Source of the DNA: Longimicrobiales bacterium
GTDB taxonomy: Bacteria; Gemmatimonadota; Gemmatimonadetes; Longimicrobiales; Gaopeijiaceae
DNA length: 64,000 bases
Assembly (NCBI GenBank): GCA_965238005.1
Contig: OZ250165.1
Coordinates: 544,001 to 608,000, forward strand
Reading direction: 5' to 3'
Shown: positions 48,937 through 58,253 of the stretch, in pieces
Numbering within the stretch: position 1 is the stretch's first letter
Layout: the number at the start of each line of letters is the position of its first letter
Translations under genes and position numbers: made by a program
The notes under the pieces: model-generated
Told to the model about the DNA's origin: nothing
The model's input: the letters and a program-made list of their open reading frames with translations, nothing else
Database searches by the model: none

Positions 48937-49682
48937 TCAGAACGTGCCGACCAGTCCGAAAAAGAGCTGACCGTCGTTGTTGGATCGGGCACCGCGGTCG
49001 ACGGCCTCGGTATCGAACGCGTCCACAAAGGAGAGCTGCACGGCGATCCGTTCGTTGAGCTGGAGCGCGAAGCTGTTGCGGGACGTCAGCGTATAGACGG
49101 AGAGGTCCGACGCCTCGGGCTCATACGCGGTGTCGCTCTCGAATCGTAGGCGACCCCCGCCGGCACCCCTGACGAGCTTGAACCGGGCAGACCACTTCGC
49201 CACCACGCCCTCCTCTTCGCCGGCACCTTCACGCGGAATCGTCTTCTCGGCGATCACGGCGAGGCTCAGCTCGGCCTGCGTGTCATCGCCGGATCCGAAC
49301 TGGTACCGCACACCGGCACCGGCGTTGTAACGGAGGTCGATCTTCTTCTCGAAGATCGATTCGATCTTCCCCCGCACGAAGCCGTTCAGGGCGCTGCCCC
49401 GATCGAAGTTCACGTCCAGAGCCGCGTCCCACGCCCGCTTGTTCACGAAGTTGTCACCCTCCGCGGTGCTGGCCTCCCCATACGTGAAGTTGGTCCGGCC
49501 GGCCAGACCGAGACTGCCCCGCTCCAGAGTCCCCGAGAGGGAGGTGGTGAACAGCGCACCTGATGGTTGCCGAAGAAGACATTCGCCCCCAGCTCGGTCT
49601 TGGCCGACCAGCTCTTCTCCTGCCCATGAGCGGGAACGGCGATCAGGATGAGGCCCGTGAGACCGAGGATCACACCTCTCAT
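48937..49682 (-). pseudogene. DUF481-like outer-membrane beta-barrel protein, frameshifted
   Basis: Signal peptide MRGVILGLTG...WSAKTELGANVFFGN in one frame; barrel body (LFTTSL...RYNAGAG...NNDGQLFFGLVGTF) in another; shift near 49555-49570. Confidence 0.65.
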
Positions 49683-49940
49683 GTGCGACTCTCCGTAACG
49701 AAACGTGTCCGCCCATCTCGGACTTGCACCCGTGATCAGCCGCGCACCCGCACCAGGTGTTCTGGAACGGCCACGGACTACCCCGCCACAGTATGGGTGT
49801 TCGCATCCCGAGGCCCGCACGGAGATGAGTGATGCTCACCCGTTGCTCACCCCTTGCCCGCCCCGCTCGCTCCGAACACGTTAACCCCCCTTATCACCCC
49901 GACGAGCAGATCCCTCATCTCATCTTTCGCTGAAGCGGAA

Positions 49941-50186
49941 TTGGGCAACATTTCCGAGCTTTCTCTCGCGGGTCTCACGATCCGGATCGAGCGGGACCTG
50001 TGCGTGGGGTTCGGCGACTGCATCGATGTCGCCCCGGACGTATTCGAGCTCGACGACGAAGGCATCGCCGTGTTCAAGACGGGCGATCCCGCCGTGGACC
50101 GGGAGGTGCTGCTCGACGCCTGCTCGTCCTGCCCGGTCGACGCTCTGACGGCCTTGGACGAGGAGGGAGCGCAGCTCGTCCCGTAG
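49941..50186 (+). CDS. Ferredoxin (probable 3Fe-4S, single cluster); start uncertain
   Basis: CVGFGDC..APDVFELDDEG...CPVDAL. Confidence 0.85.
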   Translation: MGNISELSLAGLTIRIERDLCVGFGDCIDVAPDVFELDDEGIAVFKTGDPAVDREVLLDACSSCPVDALTALDEEGAQLVP

Positions 50187-50196
50187 CCGGTGACTG

Positions 50197-51108
50197 TTGC
50201 CAATCGAGATGCGGAAGATCCGGACGTACCAGGAGGTCACCCACGAGACGGGATCGCAGCTCCTCGAGCAGGTACTCGAGCAGAACCAGCGACTGGCGGA
50301 CCGCCTCTCCCGGGTAGGGTCGGTGGTCGCCGTCGCCAGCGGCAAGGGTGGGGTGGGAAAGAGCGCCGTCACCGCGAACCTGGCCGCCGCCCTGGCCCAA
50401 CGGGGACTGGAGGTCGGGGCGGCGGACGCGGACCTCAACGGCCCCTCCCTGGGCCGGATGCTGGGGGTTTCCGGTGCCCGCTTCGTCGATCGATCAGATG
50501 GTGTGGAGCCGGCCCTGAGCCCCACCGGCGTCCGGGTCATGTCGATGGAGCTGCTCCAGCAGGACGAGGATGCACCGCTTCGCTGGCGCGAGCCGTCCAC
50601 CGGTCGGTTCATATGGCAGAGCGCCATGGAGACCGGCGCTCTCAGGGAGTTTCTGGGCGACGTGGCCTGGGGTGACCTGGACGTTCTGCTGGTGGACGTA
50701 CCGCCCGGAACGGACAAGATTGCGCGGCTCCTCGAGCTGGTCCCGGGCCTCCACCAGATGCTCCTCGTGACGACGCCGTCGGAGGCGGCCCGCTTCGTCG
50801 TGTCGAAGTCGGTGCGGATGGCGCGCGAGGCGGAAGTCTCGACGGTGGCCCTCGTGGCGAATATGACGGAGCACGCCTGCTCGTCGTGCGGTCACACGTC
50901 TCAGCTGTTCGGCGGGGACGGGGCACGACGCCTCGCCGAGGAGTCAGGCGTGCCGCTCTGGGCCGACATTCCGTTCGACGCACGCCTTGGGGCCTCCACC
51001 GACCTGGGTTCGCCTCTGGTGCTGGAAGATCCGGAGGCGGCCTCCAGCCGCGCCCTCCTCGCCCTAGCGGACAGGGTCGCCGCCAAGATGGAGGAGAGCG
51101 CCCGATGA
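50197..51108 (+). CDS. Mrp/ApbC/NBP35-family Fe-S carrier ATPase
   Basis: ASGKGGVGKS, DADLNGPS, VDVPPGT, NMTEHACSSC. Confidence 0.9.
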   Translation: MPIEMRKIRTYQEVTHETGSQLLEQVLEQNQRLADRLSRVGSVVAVASGKGGVGKSAVTANLAAALAQRGLEVGAADADLNGPSLGRMLGVSGARFVDRSDGVEPALSPTGVRVMSMELLQQDEDAPLRWREPSTGRFIWQSAMETGALREFLGDVAWGDLDVLLVDVPPGTDKIARLLELVPGLHQMLLVTTPSEAARFVVSKSVRMAREAEVSTVALVANMTEHACSSCGHTSQLFGGDGARRLAEESGVPLWADIPFDARLGASTDLGSPLVLEDPEAASSRALLALADRVAAKMEESAR

Positions 51109-51575
51109 AGTTCCTTTGCATCGAGTGTGACAACGTCATGGACTTCGCCGAGCGGCAGCTTCCTGGTGACGGCACCCTGGCCGCAGTGTTCTCCTGCGGC
51201 TCGTGCGGGAGGGAGGTGGCCATGCTCACGAACCCCATGGAGACCCAGCTCGTGTCCAGCCTGGGGATAAAGATCGGTGGGCGAGAGGTGCCCGCTCAAC
51301 CCCTCGAGATGGTTCGCAGCTCTCTGGAGGGGGGGAGAGAGGAGGCCTTCGCTATATCGGAGGACATCCCCAGACAACCGGCCGGGCAAGCCTCCCAGGC
51401 CGGTTCGGTCCTCTGGAGTCCCGAGGCGACCGAGCGGATGCAGAAGGTCCCCAGCTTCGTGCGGGGGATGGTGAAGCGGATCTACGTCGACTGGGCCAAG
51501 GAGCACGCGGTAGCCGAGATAACGCCCGAGGTCATGGACCGGGCTCGGACGGAGTTGGGCCTGGAGGGCATGTAG
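51105..51575 (+). CDS. Zn-ribbon (CxxC...CxxC) + PCP_red-like domain protein
   Basis: CIECD, CGSCG; C-terminal WSPEATERMQKVPSFVRGMVKR...ITPEVMDRAR; overlaps the Mrp stop (ATGA). Confidence 0.75.
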   Translation: MKFLCIECDNVMDFAERQLPGDGTLAAVFSCGSCGREVAMLTNPMETQLVSSLGIKIGGREVPAQPLEMVRSSLEGGREEAFAISEDIPRQPAGQASQAGSVLWSPEATERMQKVPSFVRGMVKRIYVDWAKEHAVAEITPEVMDRARTELGLEGM

Positions 51576-51751
51576 GCTGGGGGCCTCGGCGGGATCGGTC
51601 GACACCGGGCCTCCTCTTGCCGGCGTTGGTTCTCTTCGGCGGACTGCTCGTCACGGGGGGTCTGGGACGATATTGGACCGTGCGTGCAGGGGCCTGATGC
51701 CGTGATTAACATGGGGATTTCCCACACGGTATCAGTGCCCCCTCGCATTTA

Positions 51752-51781
51752 TTGACAGGTCTCAGAAAGGCCGGGTATACT
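51752..51781 (+). promoter_or_regulatory. Near-consensus sigma70 promoter
   Basis: TTGACA-N18-TATACT, about 280 nt upstream of the USP gene. Confidence 0.6.
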
Positions 51782-51837
51782 GGCCCCCGGTAGGATCCCT
51801 GACATCCTCGAGACTGAGAAGCACGTCACCATACATC

Positions 51838-52035
51838 GGGTCGCGGGGGGTCTGCCGGCCCCTTTATGACCCTGGTTGCAACGCGAATCGTTGCCCGAGC
51901 GCCAGACATCTAGCTGGATCAGTACAGCCTAGATCGATGATCGATCTTCCCATTCCGAAGCTGAGGAGTGGGGACGCTCCGGTAAGTCTCCGGAGGATGG
52001 AGAGCTTTGTGCTGCTGGCGGGAGGATGCGCTCGG
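51838..52035 (+). ncRNA. Candidate structured 5' leader RNA
   Basis: Several hairpins plus an enclosing CCGAGCGC/GCGCTCGG stem between the promoter and the RBS. Confidence 0.3.
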
Positions 52036-52060
52036 CTAGAGGGCTATGCCCGAGGTATTT

Positions 52061-54202
52061 ATGTACCGTGAAGTCTTCGTACCAGTAGACAACTCCCAAC
52101 ATTCCTATTGGGCCGTGGACCGGGCCATCGAGGTCTGTTCCCACTTCGACGGACGGATCACCGGGAACCACGTCTATGCGGCCCGCCTGCACGACGTTCG
52201 CTTTCGGCAGCTGGAAACCGGCCTCCCGGCCCAGTTCCAGACCGCCCAGGAGATCAAGCGACAGAGGAAGATCCATGACAAGCTGATCGAGAAGGGCCTC
52301 CAGCTCATCTCAGATTCTTTCCTCGACCAGACGGCGAAGGCGTGCGACTCCGCAGGCGTCCTCCTTACCAGGCAGCTCCTCGAAGGAATCAATTACGAGG
52401 AGGTAATCCGTGAAGCCAACGGTGGCAGCGGACGACTGCCAAGTCTCATCGGCTTCGACCCGAACATCGCCGACAAGTACGACGGGGGCGCGACGGTTCG
52501 GAGCGATGTGAAGATAGGCGAGGACGGCCGAATCGTGGCCGAAGATGAAGAGCAGGATGAGAAGCTTGCCGGCTCGAGTGGTCGCCAATACGACCTGTTG
52601 GTCATCGGAGCCCACGGCATCGGCAAACAGCCGTACTCCCAGTTGGGCGGGATGGTCTCTCGGGTAATCCGCGAGGTCGAGAAGGACACCCTCCTCATCA
52701 GAGACGAGAGGCCGCTGCAGAACGGCAATTGGATCGTCTGCGTCGACGGTTCGTCGTACTCCTACAAGGCCATGCGCCTGGCGCTCGAGATGGCCCGGGA
52801 GTTCGGTGCGAAGCTCCACGTCTGCTCCGCCTTCGACGTCGAGTACCACCACGCCGTCTTCGGCAACATCAAGGACATCCTCTCGGCGCAGGCCTCGAAG
52901 GTGTTCAAGTTCGAGGAACAGGAGGAGCTCCACAACAACATCATCGACAAGGGCCTCCTGAAGCTCGCCCAGGCCAACCTCAAGCGCGCTCAGGTCATGG
53001 CCGACGAGTTCCCCGACGTGGACGTGGAGACACAAATCCTCGTCGGAAAGCCCTTCCAGTGCATCCTCCAGTGGATCGAAGAGATCGAGCCGAGCCTCCT
53101 GGTCCTGGCACGTCACGGCGGGCACCGTATCGAGGACACCGACATGGGCTCGCAGGCGGACAACCTGTGCAGGCTCGCCCCCGGTAACATCCTTCTCGTT
53201 GGCACTCTGGACGTCCGTCCGGACGACATCCCGTGGATCGAAGAGGACGGCGAAACGGGCCTGGAGTGGTCGCCCGACGCGGAGGTCCGGATCCTGCGCG
53301 TGCCTCCCTTCGCACTCGGCATCGCGCGCAAGGCCGTGGAGGAGTACGTCCTCGACAACTACGGACCCGGGGCCAACGGCACGTATCGGGAAGACCCACT
53401 CACGCCAGCGCGTGGCAGCGCCTCGAACGGTGCCGGGTCGAGCGGCGTGTCCGGGCCGAGCGACGCGGCCGGGACCGACACCCCCACCGAGCCGGGCACC
53501 GCCGTGCCTCCCCTAGGAGCCGACGGCCTCCCCATGGTGACCAGTGCGCGGCTGGACGAGGCCATCCAGAAACTCCTGCCTACGCATATGCAGCTGATCA
53601 TGGGCATCGGCACCGCGGAAGAGCTCGCCCTCGCCGAGGTAAAGGCCGAAGAGGCGATGAAGCGCACGGTGGTAGAGGGTCTGGACGCGGACCCGCTGCC
53701 GGAGGTCGCCATGGTCTCGGCTAAGTGTCCTTACACGGGACACGTCGAGAGCCGCGAGCGAGCGGCCAAGGATCCCATCCAGTGGACCCAGGAGGCCTTC
53801 GAACGACTGAGGCTCGTTCCTCTCATCGCCCGGCCCCTGGCCCGCAACACCGTGGAGCGCTTCGCCCGTGAGCACGACTTCTGGCGTGTGACGACGCTGG
53901 TCATGGACGAGAACAAGCAGGCCATGATCGAGGCGGACGAGTTCGACATGGACACCATGCTGGTCATGTTCCGCGAGCTCCAGACCAAGCAGATCAGGGC
54001 GGAGGCGGAAGGGGTCGACGGCCTCACCCCCGAGATGCGGAGGTTCATCGAGGAAGCCAAGGCCAGCGGCGTGACACGCTGCCCCATCCGCGATGTGGCG
54101 GAAGCGGCGGACCAGTGTCCGGTGGATTTCAAGACCGTCTCGCCCGAGGACGCCAAGGCCGCCATCGAGCAGTTCATGAGCAAAGAGGCCGGCGAAGCGT
54201 GA
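52061..54202 (+). CDS. Double universal-stress-protein domain protein with two PCP_red-like modules and Cys-Pro motifs
   Basis: VFVPVDNSQHS, DLLVIGAHG, IVCVDGSSYS, MGSQADNLCR; WSPDAE...VPPF and WTQEAFERL...VP; KCPY, RCPI, QCPVDF; start at ATG 52061 after GAGG. Confidence 0.8.
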   Translation: MYREVFVPVDNSQHSYWAVDRAIEVCSHFDGRITGNHVYAARLHDVRFRQLETGLPAQFQTAQEIKRQRKIHDKLIEKGLQLISDSFLDQTAKACDSAGVLLTRQLLEGINYEEVIREANGGSGRLPSLIGFDPNIADKYDGGATVRSDVKIGEDGRIVAEDEEQDEKLAGSSGRQYDLLVIGAHGIGKQPYSQLGGMVSRVIREVEKDTLLIRDERPLQNGNWIVCVDGSSYSYKAMRLALEMAREFGAKLHVCSAFDVEYHHAVFGNIKDILSAQASKVFKFEEQEELHNNIIDKGLLKLAQANLKRAQVMADEFPDVDVETQILVGKPFQCILQWIEEIEPSLLVLARHGGHRIEDTDMGSQADNLCRLAPGNILLVGTLDVRPDDIPWIEEDGETGLEWSPDAEVRILRVPPFALGIARKAVEEYVLDNYGPGANGTYREDPLTPARGSASNGAGSSGVSGPSDAAGTDTPTEPGTAVPPLGADGLPMVTSARLDEAIQKLLPTHMQLIMGIGTAEELALAEVKAEEAMKRTVVEGLDADPLPEVAMVSAKCPYTGHVESRERAAKDPIQWTQEAFERLRLVPLIARPLARNTVERFAREHDFWRVTTLVMDENKQAMIEADEFDMDTMLVMFRELQTKQIRAEAEGVDGLTPEMRRFIEEAKASGVTRCPIRDVAEAADQCPVDFKTVSPEDAKAAIEQFMSKEAGEA

Positions 54203-55578
54203 TCCGCGGCCTGGACCGTACGCGCTCCTCGGCGGCGACACTGCCACGGCCGGCCCCGGTCGGTCGGGAAGAGCCTCGGCTCGGAGGCGAGGGGGAGAGC
54301 TACGTCCCCCACATTGTCGCCTGGAACTTGACGAAACGCTGCAACCTCGAGTGCGCGCACTGCTACATCTCCGCCGGATCTTGGCACCTTGCCTCCGAAG
54401 AGCTCTCCACGGAGCAGTGCTTCCGGATCATGGACGAGATCCTCGAGGTCAATCCCAACCCCATGCTGATCCTGACCGGTGGGGAGCCCCTGGTTCGGGA
54501 CGATCTGGAGGCTCTCGCCGAGAGAGCCACGTCCCTTGGCGCGACCGTGGTCGTCGGGACCAACGGCATCGGGCTCACCGACGAGCGCATCGAGTCCTTG
54601 ATGGCGGCGGGAATCAAGGGCGTCGCGGTGAGTATCGACTCGCTTCGGCCCGAATATCACGATCGCTTTCGCCACGGGGGCGGCGCACTGGCCGATACCA
54701 TGGCCGCCGTCGAGCGTTGTGCCCGCCATGAGCTCGATTTCGTCATCCAGACCACGGTGACCACCGGGAACCGTCATGAGATCGCCGAGGTGGCGCGCTG
54801 GTCTGCGGCGGCGGGAGCCGTCTCCTTCAACGTCTACTTCGTGGTTCCCACCGGAAGAGCCGAGCACATGCGCGGGATGTCGCCGTCCGAGAACGACGAC
54901 GTCTTGAAGGAGCTGCTCGAGCTGGAGAGGACCTACCGCGGCCGGATGATGGTCCGCTCCAAGTGTCAGCCACAGCTCATGCGCCATGTGCTGCAGGGGG
55001 ATCCGGATTCGCCCCTGCTCAACTACGAGACCCGGTGCCCATGCGGCGTGCACTACGTGCGCATCACTCCCGAAGGGAAGGTGACTCCCTGCCCATACAT
55101 GCCCGTCGTGGCCGGCGACCTCATGACGGACAGCTTCCAGACGATCTGGAGAACGTCTGAGGTCTTCACAGAGCTCCGATCCGGTAGCCTCTCGGGGCGC
55201 TGCGGCCGGTGCGAGTATCGCGAGGTGTGCGGCGGTTGCCGTGCCCGCGCTTACGCCGACGGCGGCGATTTCATGGGCCCGGACGACTCGTGCGTGTACG
55301 AGCCTACGGGCGAGGCGCCCCTGGTGATTCCGGGGGATCGTGTCTCATACGGTCAGCCCGTCACGTCTGAATTGTCTTGGTCTCCGGAGGCTCGAGCCCG
55401 CCTGGAGCGAGTGCCAAGCTTCGTCCGTGGGGTAGTGACGGCCCGCGTGGAAAAATTTGCCCTCGAGAAGGGATATGCCCGCGTAGATACCGAGGTCATG
55501 GCCGAGGTCCGTAAGAGCCTTCCGGTGGACTTCTCGAAAAAGCTTCCGTTCTTCCTCGGCAGGGGAGGATCAGCGTGA
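54199..55578 (+). CDS. Radical SAM/SPASM enzyme (AhbC/AhbD/NirJ-like) with C-terminal PCP_red-like module
   Basis: AWNLTKRCNLECAHCY, LTGGEPL, VSIDS, SPASM CPCG...PCP...CGRCEYREVCGGCRARA; GTG start overlaps the upstream TGA. Confidence 0.85.
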   Translation: MIRGLDRTRSSAATLPRPAPVGREEPRLGGEGESYVPHIVAWNLTKRCNLECAHCYISAGSWHLASEELSTEQCFRIMDEILEVNPNPMLILTGGEPLVRDDLEALAERATSLGATVVVGTNGIGLTDERIESLMAAGIKGVAVSIDSLRPEYHDRFRHGGGALADTMAAVERCARHELDFVIQTTVTTGNRHEIAEVARWSAAAGAVSFNVYFVVPTGRAEHMRGMSPSENDDVLKELLELERTYRGRMMVRSKCQPQLMRHVLQGDPDSPLLNYETRCPCGVHYVRITPEGKVTPCPYMPVVAGDLMTDSFQTIWRTSEVFTELRSGSLSGRCGRCEYREVCGGCRARAYADGGDFMGPDDSCVYEPTGEAPLVIPGDRVSYGQPVTSELSWSPEARARLERVPSFVRGVVTARVEKFALEKGYARVDTEVMAEVRKSLPVDFSKKLPFFLGRGGSA

Positions 55579-57377
55579 GCCCGACGGCTCGGCGCGGCGG
55601 TATGGCTTTGAAGCTCCTGGGAGCCCTGGGCCTGATGGGCCTGGCCTTCCACATCTTCCCGGACGTCGCCTGGGCCCAGGACGCGGCCGTTGCCCGCGAG
55701 TACGGTGACTTCCCACTGGTCGGGAGTCGGATCGCGATCTGGGTGTCGGCACAGGTGCACCTTCTCTTCGCCGCCTTCGTGCTCGGCGTTCCCATGTTCG
55801 CCGTGGTGGTCGAGGCCATCGGCATCTTCGGGGGCGAGGAGAAGTACGACAAGCTCGCCAAGGAGTTCACCCGGCTCCTCCTTGTGGCCTACTCCGCCAC
55901 GGCCATCTGGGGAGCGATCCTGGTCTTCCTGCTCATCACGCTTTATCCCAAGCTCTGGCTGTACCTGGCGGAGATCTTCGATGCCTCCATGTGGGTGTAC
56001 GTGGGCCTGTTCTTCTTGGAGTCGTTCACGCTCTACCTCTACTACTATGGCTGGGATCGCTGGAAGAAGGGGCGTGCCAAGCTGGTCCACTGGTCTCTGG
56101 GCATCATGCTCAACGTCTGGGGCACCATGGTCATGTTCATCGCCAATTCCTGGCTCACATACATGATGAGTCCCCCCGCCGATGTCGGTCCCGACACGGC
56201 ACCCGCCATGGTCCAGTTCTGGAGCGCCTTCGCGAACGCGACCTGGATGCCCATTAACATCCACAGGTTCATCGCCAACGTGGTCTTCGGGGGAGCCATC
56301 GTGGGGGCGTACTCGGCGTATCGTTTCCTCATGGCCAAGACGGACGAGGAGCGGGCCCACTACGATTGGATGGGCTACGTGGGCAACCTCGTCGCCATCG
56401 GGGCACTCATCGTCTTGCCCTTCGCCGGCTACTACCTGGGCCGGGAGATCTACGAGTTCAACCAGCAGATGGGCATCACCATGATGGGTGGCTTCATGAG
56501 CTGGCTGTGGATCATCCAGGCCTTCCTCATCGGCGTGCTCTTCCTGACTGGCAACTACTACCTGTGGGTGGGTATGGGGCGCATTCCCGGAGCCGAGCGC
56601 TTCACCCCTTACACGAAGTACATGCTGTTCGTCCTGGTCATTGGCGTGATCGTGTGGGCGACGCCCCACACCATGATCGCCAACCGCGAAGAGATCGCGG
56701 CCATGGGAGGTACTCACCACCCCTTCCTGGGCGTCCTGGGCGTCATGAGCGCCAAGAACACAGCGGTGAACATCATGATCCTGACGACGTTCCTTTCGTT
56801 CCTTCTCTACCGGCGGGCGAACATGCGCCCGACGGTCAGCTGGGCGCGAACAGGAACCATGGTGCAGGGCGCGCTGTTCGTGATCTCGGCCGGGATCGTG
56901 ATCTTCTACGGGATCTACGGATACTTCGTCAGCGCCATCGTCAGGATCGGATTCTCGGTCTATCAGGTGCTTGCGGTCCTGTTCACCATCGGGGCCGTGG
57001 TCGGCATCGACCTCTTCCTGAGCCGGGGCGCTGAGTCCCGGGGGGCCATCCGGTGGGGCCAGATGCCCCCCCGGTCGCAGTACGCCCTCTTTGTCCTCGC
57101 CGTCACCTTCACGTGGCTGATGGGTCTCATGGGCTTCGCTCGCAGCGGAATCCGCCAGCACTGGCACGTGTGGGAGGTGATGCGCGACACGAGTGAGTGG
57201 GCGGCTACGCCTGCGTTGGGGTATGCCTCGATAGTCATCTCGGCGTGTGTGCTGATCTTCCTGACGCTGGTGGCCTTCATCTTCTGGCTCGGCGGGCTGG
57301 CCGAGAAACCGGTGGTCTCGAGTGTGGGGGCCGGGGCGCAGTCGGGACCGGAGCTGGCTCCGGTGGCGGGCGACTGA
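55575..57377 (+). CDS. Cytochrome bd oxidase subunit I-like (CydA-like) membrane protein
   Basis: Many TM helices; QVHLLFAAFVLG, FFLESFTLYLYYYGW, NIHRFIAN, ARSGIRQHW (GRQPW-like). Confidence 0.8.
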   Translation: MSPTARRGGMALKLLGALGLMGLAFHIFPDVAWAQDAAVAREYGDFPLVGSRIAIWVSAQVHLLFAAFVLGVPMFAVVVEAIGIFGGEEKYDKLAKEFTRLLLVAYSATAIWGAILVFLLITLYPKLWLYLAEIFDASMWVYVGLFFLESFTLYLYYYGWDRWKKGRAKLVHWSLGIMLNVWGTMVMFIANSWLTYMMSPPADVGPDTAPAMVQFWSAFANATWMPINIHRFIANVVFGGAIVGAYSAYRFLMAKTDEERAHYDWMGYVGNLVAIGALIVLPFAGYYLGREIYEFNQQMGITMMGGFMSWLWIIQAFLIGVLFLTGNYYLWVGMGRIPGAERFTPYTKYMLFVLVIGVIVWATPHTMIANREEIAAMGGTHHPFLGVLGVMSAKNTAVNIMILTTFLSFLLYRRANMRPTVSWARTGTMVQGALFVISAGIVIFYGIYGYFVSAIVRIGFSVYQVLAVLFTIGAVVGIDLFLSRGAESRGAIRWGQMPPRSQYALFVLAVTFTWLMGLMGFARSGIRQHWHVWEVMRDTSEWAATPALGYASIVISACVLIFLTLVAFIFWLGGLAEKPVVSSVGAGAQSGPELAPVAGD

Positions 57378-57438
57378 TGCGCAGAATCGGCACTCGCGGC
57401 TTTAGCCCGACTTCTGACCCAGGAGACTGAGACACGCG

Positions 57439-58236
57439 ATGCTTGCAGAGAATCTGAGGATCCTGTCAGTCGTCATCGGGACGCTGGCCGTCTTCACCCT
57501 CGTTGCGAACTCCATCCCTCAGGTTCAGTCCGAGGTGCCCCAGGAGCTGACCTTCGGAGCCAACGTCACGGAGGCCGAGCTGGTATCGTCGGGAGAAGTC
57601 TTGTACAACGGTGCGGGCGGCTGTGTGGCCTGTCACGGACTCGGGACTCGCGCCCCGAATCTACTCACGGACCAGGGCGGCGTTGGCACCATCGGAGTCC
57701 GTTGCGGCAACCGGGTGAGCGGTCAGGACTGCAAGGCCTACCTGTACGCGTCCATGACCGATCCCAGCGACTACCTCGTGGAGGGCTTTAACCCGATCAT
57801 GCCGGACATGCGGCGATCGCTGTCCAATGCGCAGATCTGGTCCGTGGTGGCCTTCCTCCAGGCCCAGGGTGGCGAGGTGACGGTCACGGGCGCCGACGTG
57901 GCCGACGACGGGGGAGGGTCCGAGTCCACCGCTGCGGCAGCGTCGGCCACGGCGGCTCCGGCGACCGCGTCTCTCGACCCGCTCGAGATCATGCGTGCCA
58001 ACACCTGCCTGGTATGCCACCAGTTCAACGGTGAGGGCGTCCCCATGGGACCGGCCTTCGACGGGATCGGCGGACGTGTGGACGCAGACTATATTCGGCA
58101 ATCGATCCTGGATCCTTCGGCCGGCGCGTCGGAGGGGTTCGAAGTGTTCTTGGGCGTCATGCCCCAGATTTTCGGAGCGCAGCTGACGGCCGCCCAGCTG
58201 GAAGCCGTCGTTCAGTTCTTGGCCAGCCAACGGTAA
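57439..58236 (+). CDS. Membrane-anchored diheme cytochrome c
   Basis: N-terminal TM helix, CVACH and CLVCH, MP axial-ligand motifs. Confidence 0.88.
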   Translation: MLAENLRILSVVIGTLAVFTLVANSIPQVQSEVPQELTFGANVTEAELVSSGEVLYNGAGGCVACHGLGTRAPNLLTDQGGVGTIGVRCGNRVSGQDCKAYLYASMTDPSDYLVEGFNPIMPDMRRSLSNAQIWSVVAFLQAQGGEVTVTGADVADDGGGSESTAAAASATAAPATASLDPLEIMRANTCLVCHQFNGEGVPMGPAFDGIGGRVDADYIRQSILDPSAGASEGFEVFLGVMPQIFGAQLTAAQLEAVVQFLASQR

Positions 58237-58253
58237 GGGGAGGCGGAACACGA

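Noticed and set aside
43677..55578. Photosynthesis genes (chelatase-like ATPase, PCP_red domains)
   Set aside because: No bch/puf genes; the ATPase is the generic VWA-partnered type and the PCP_red-like parts are small appended modules
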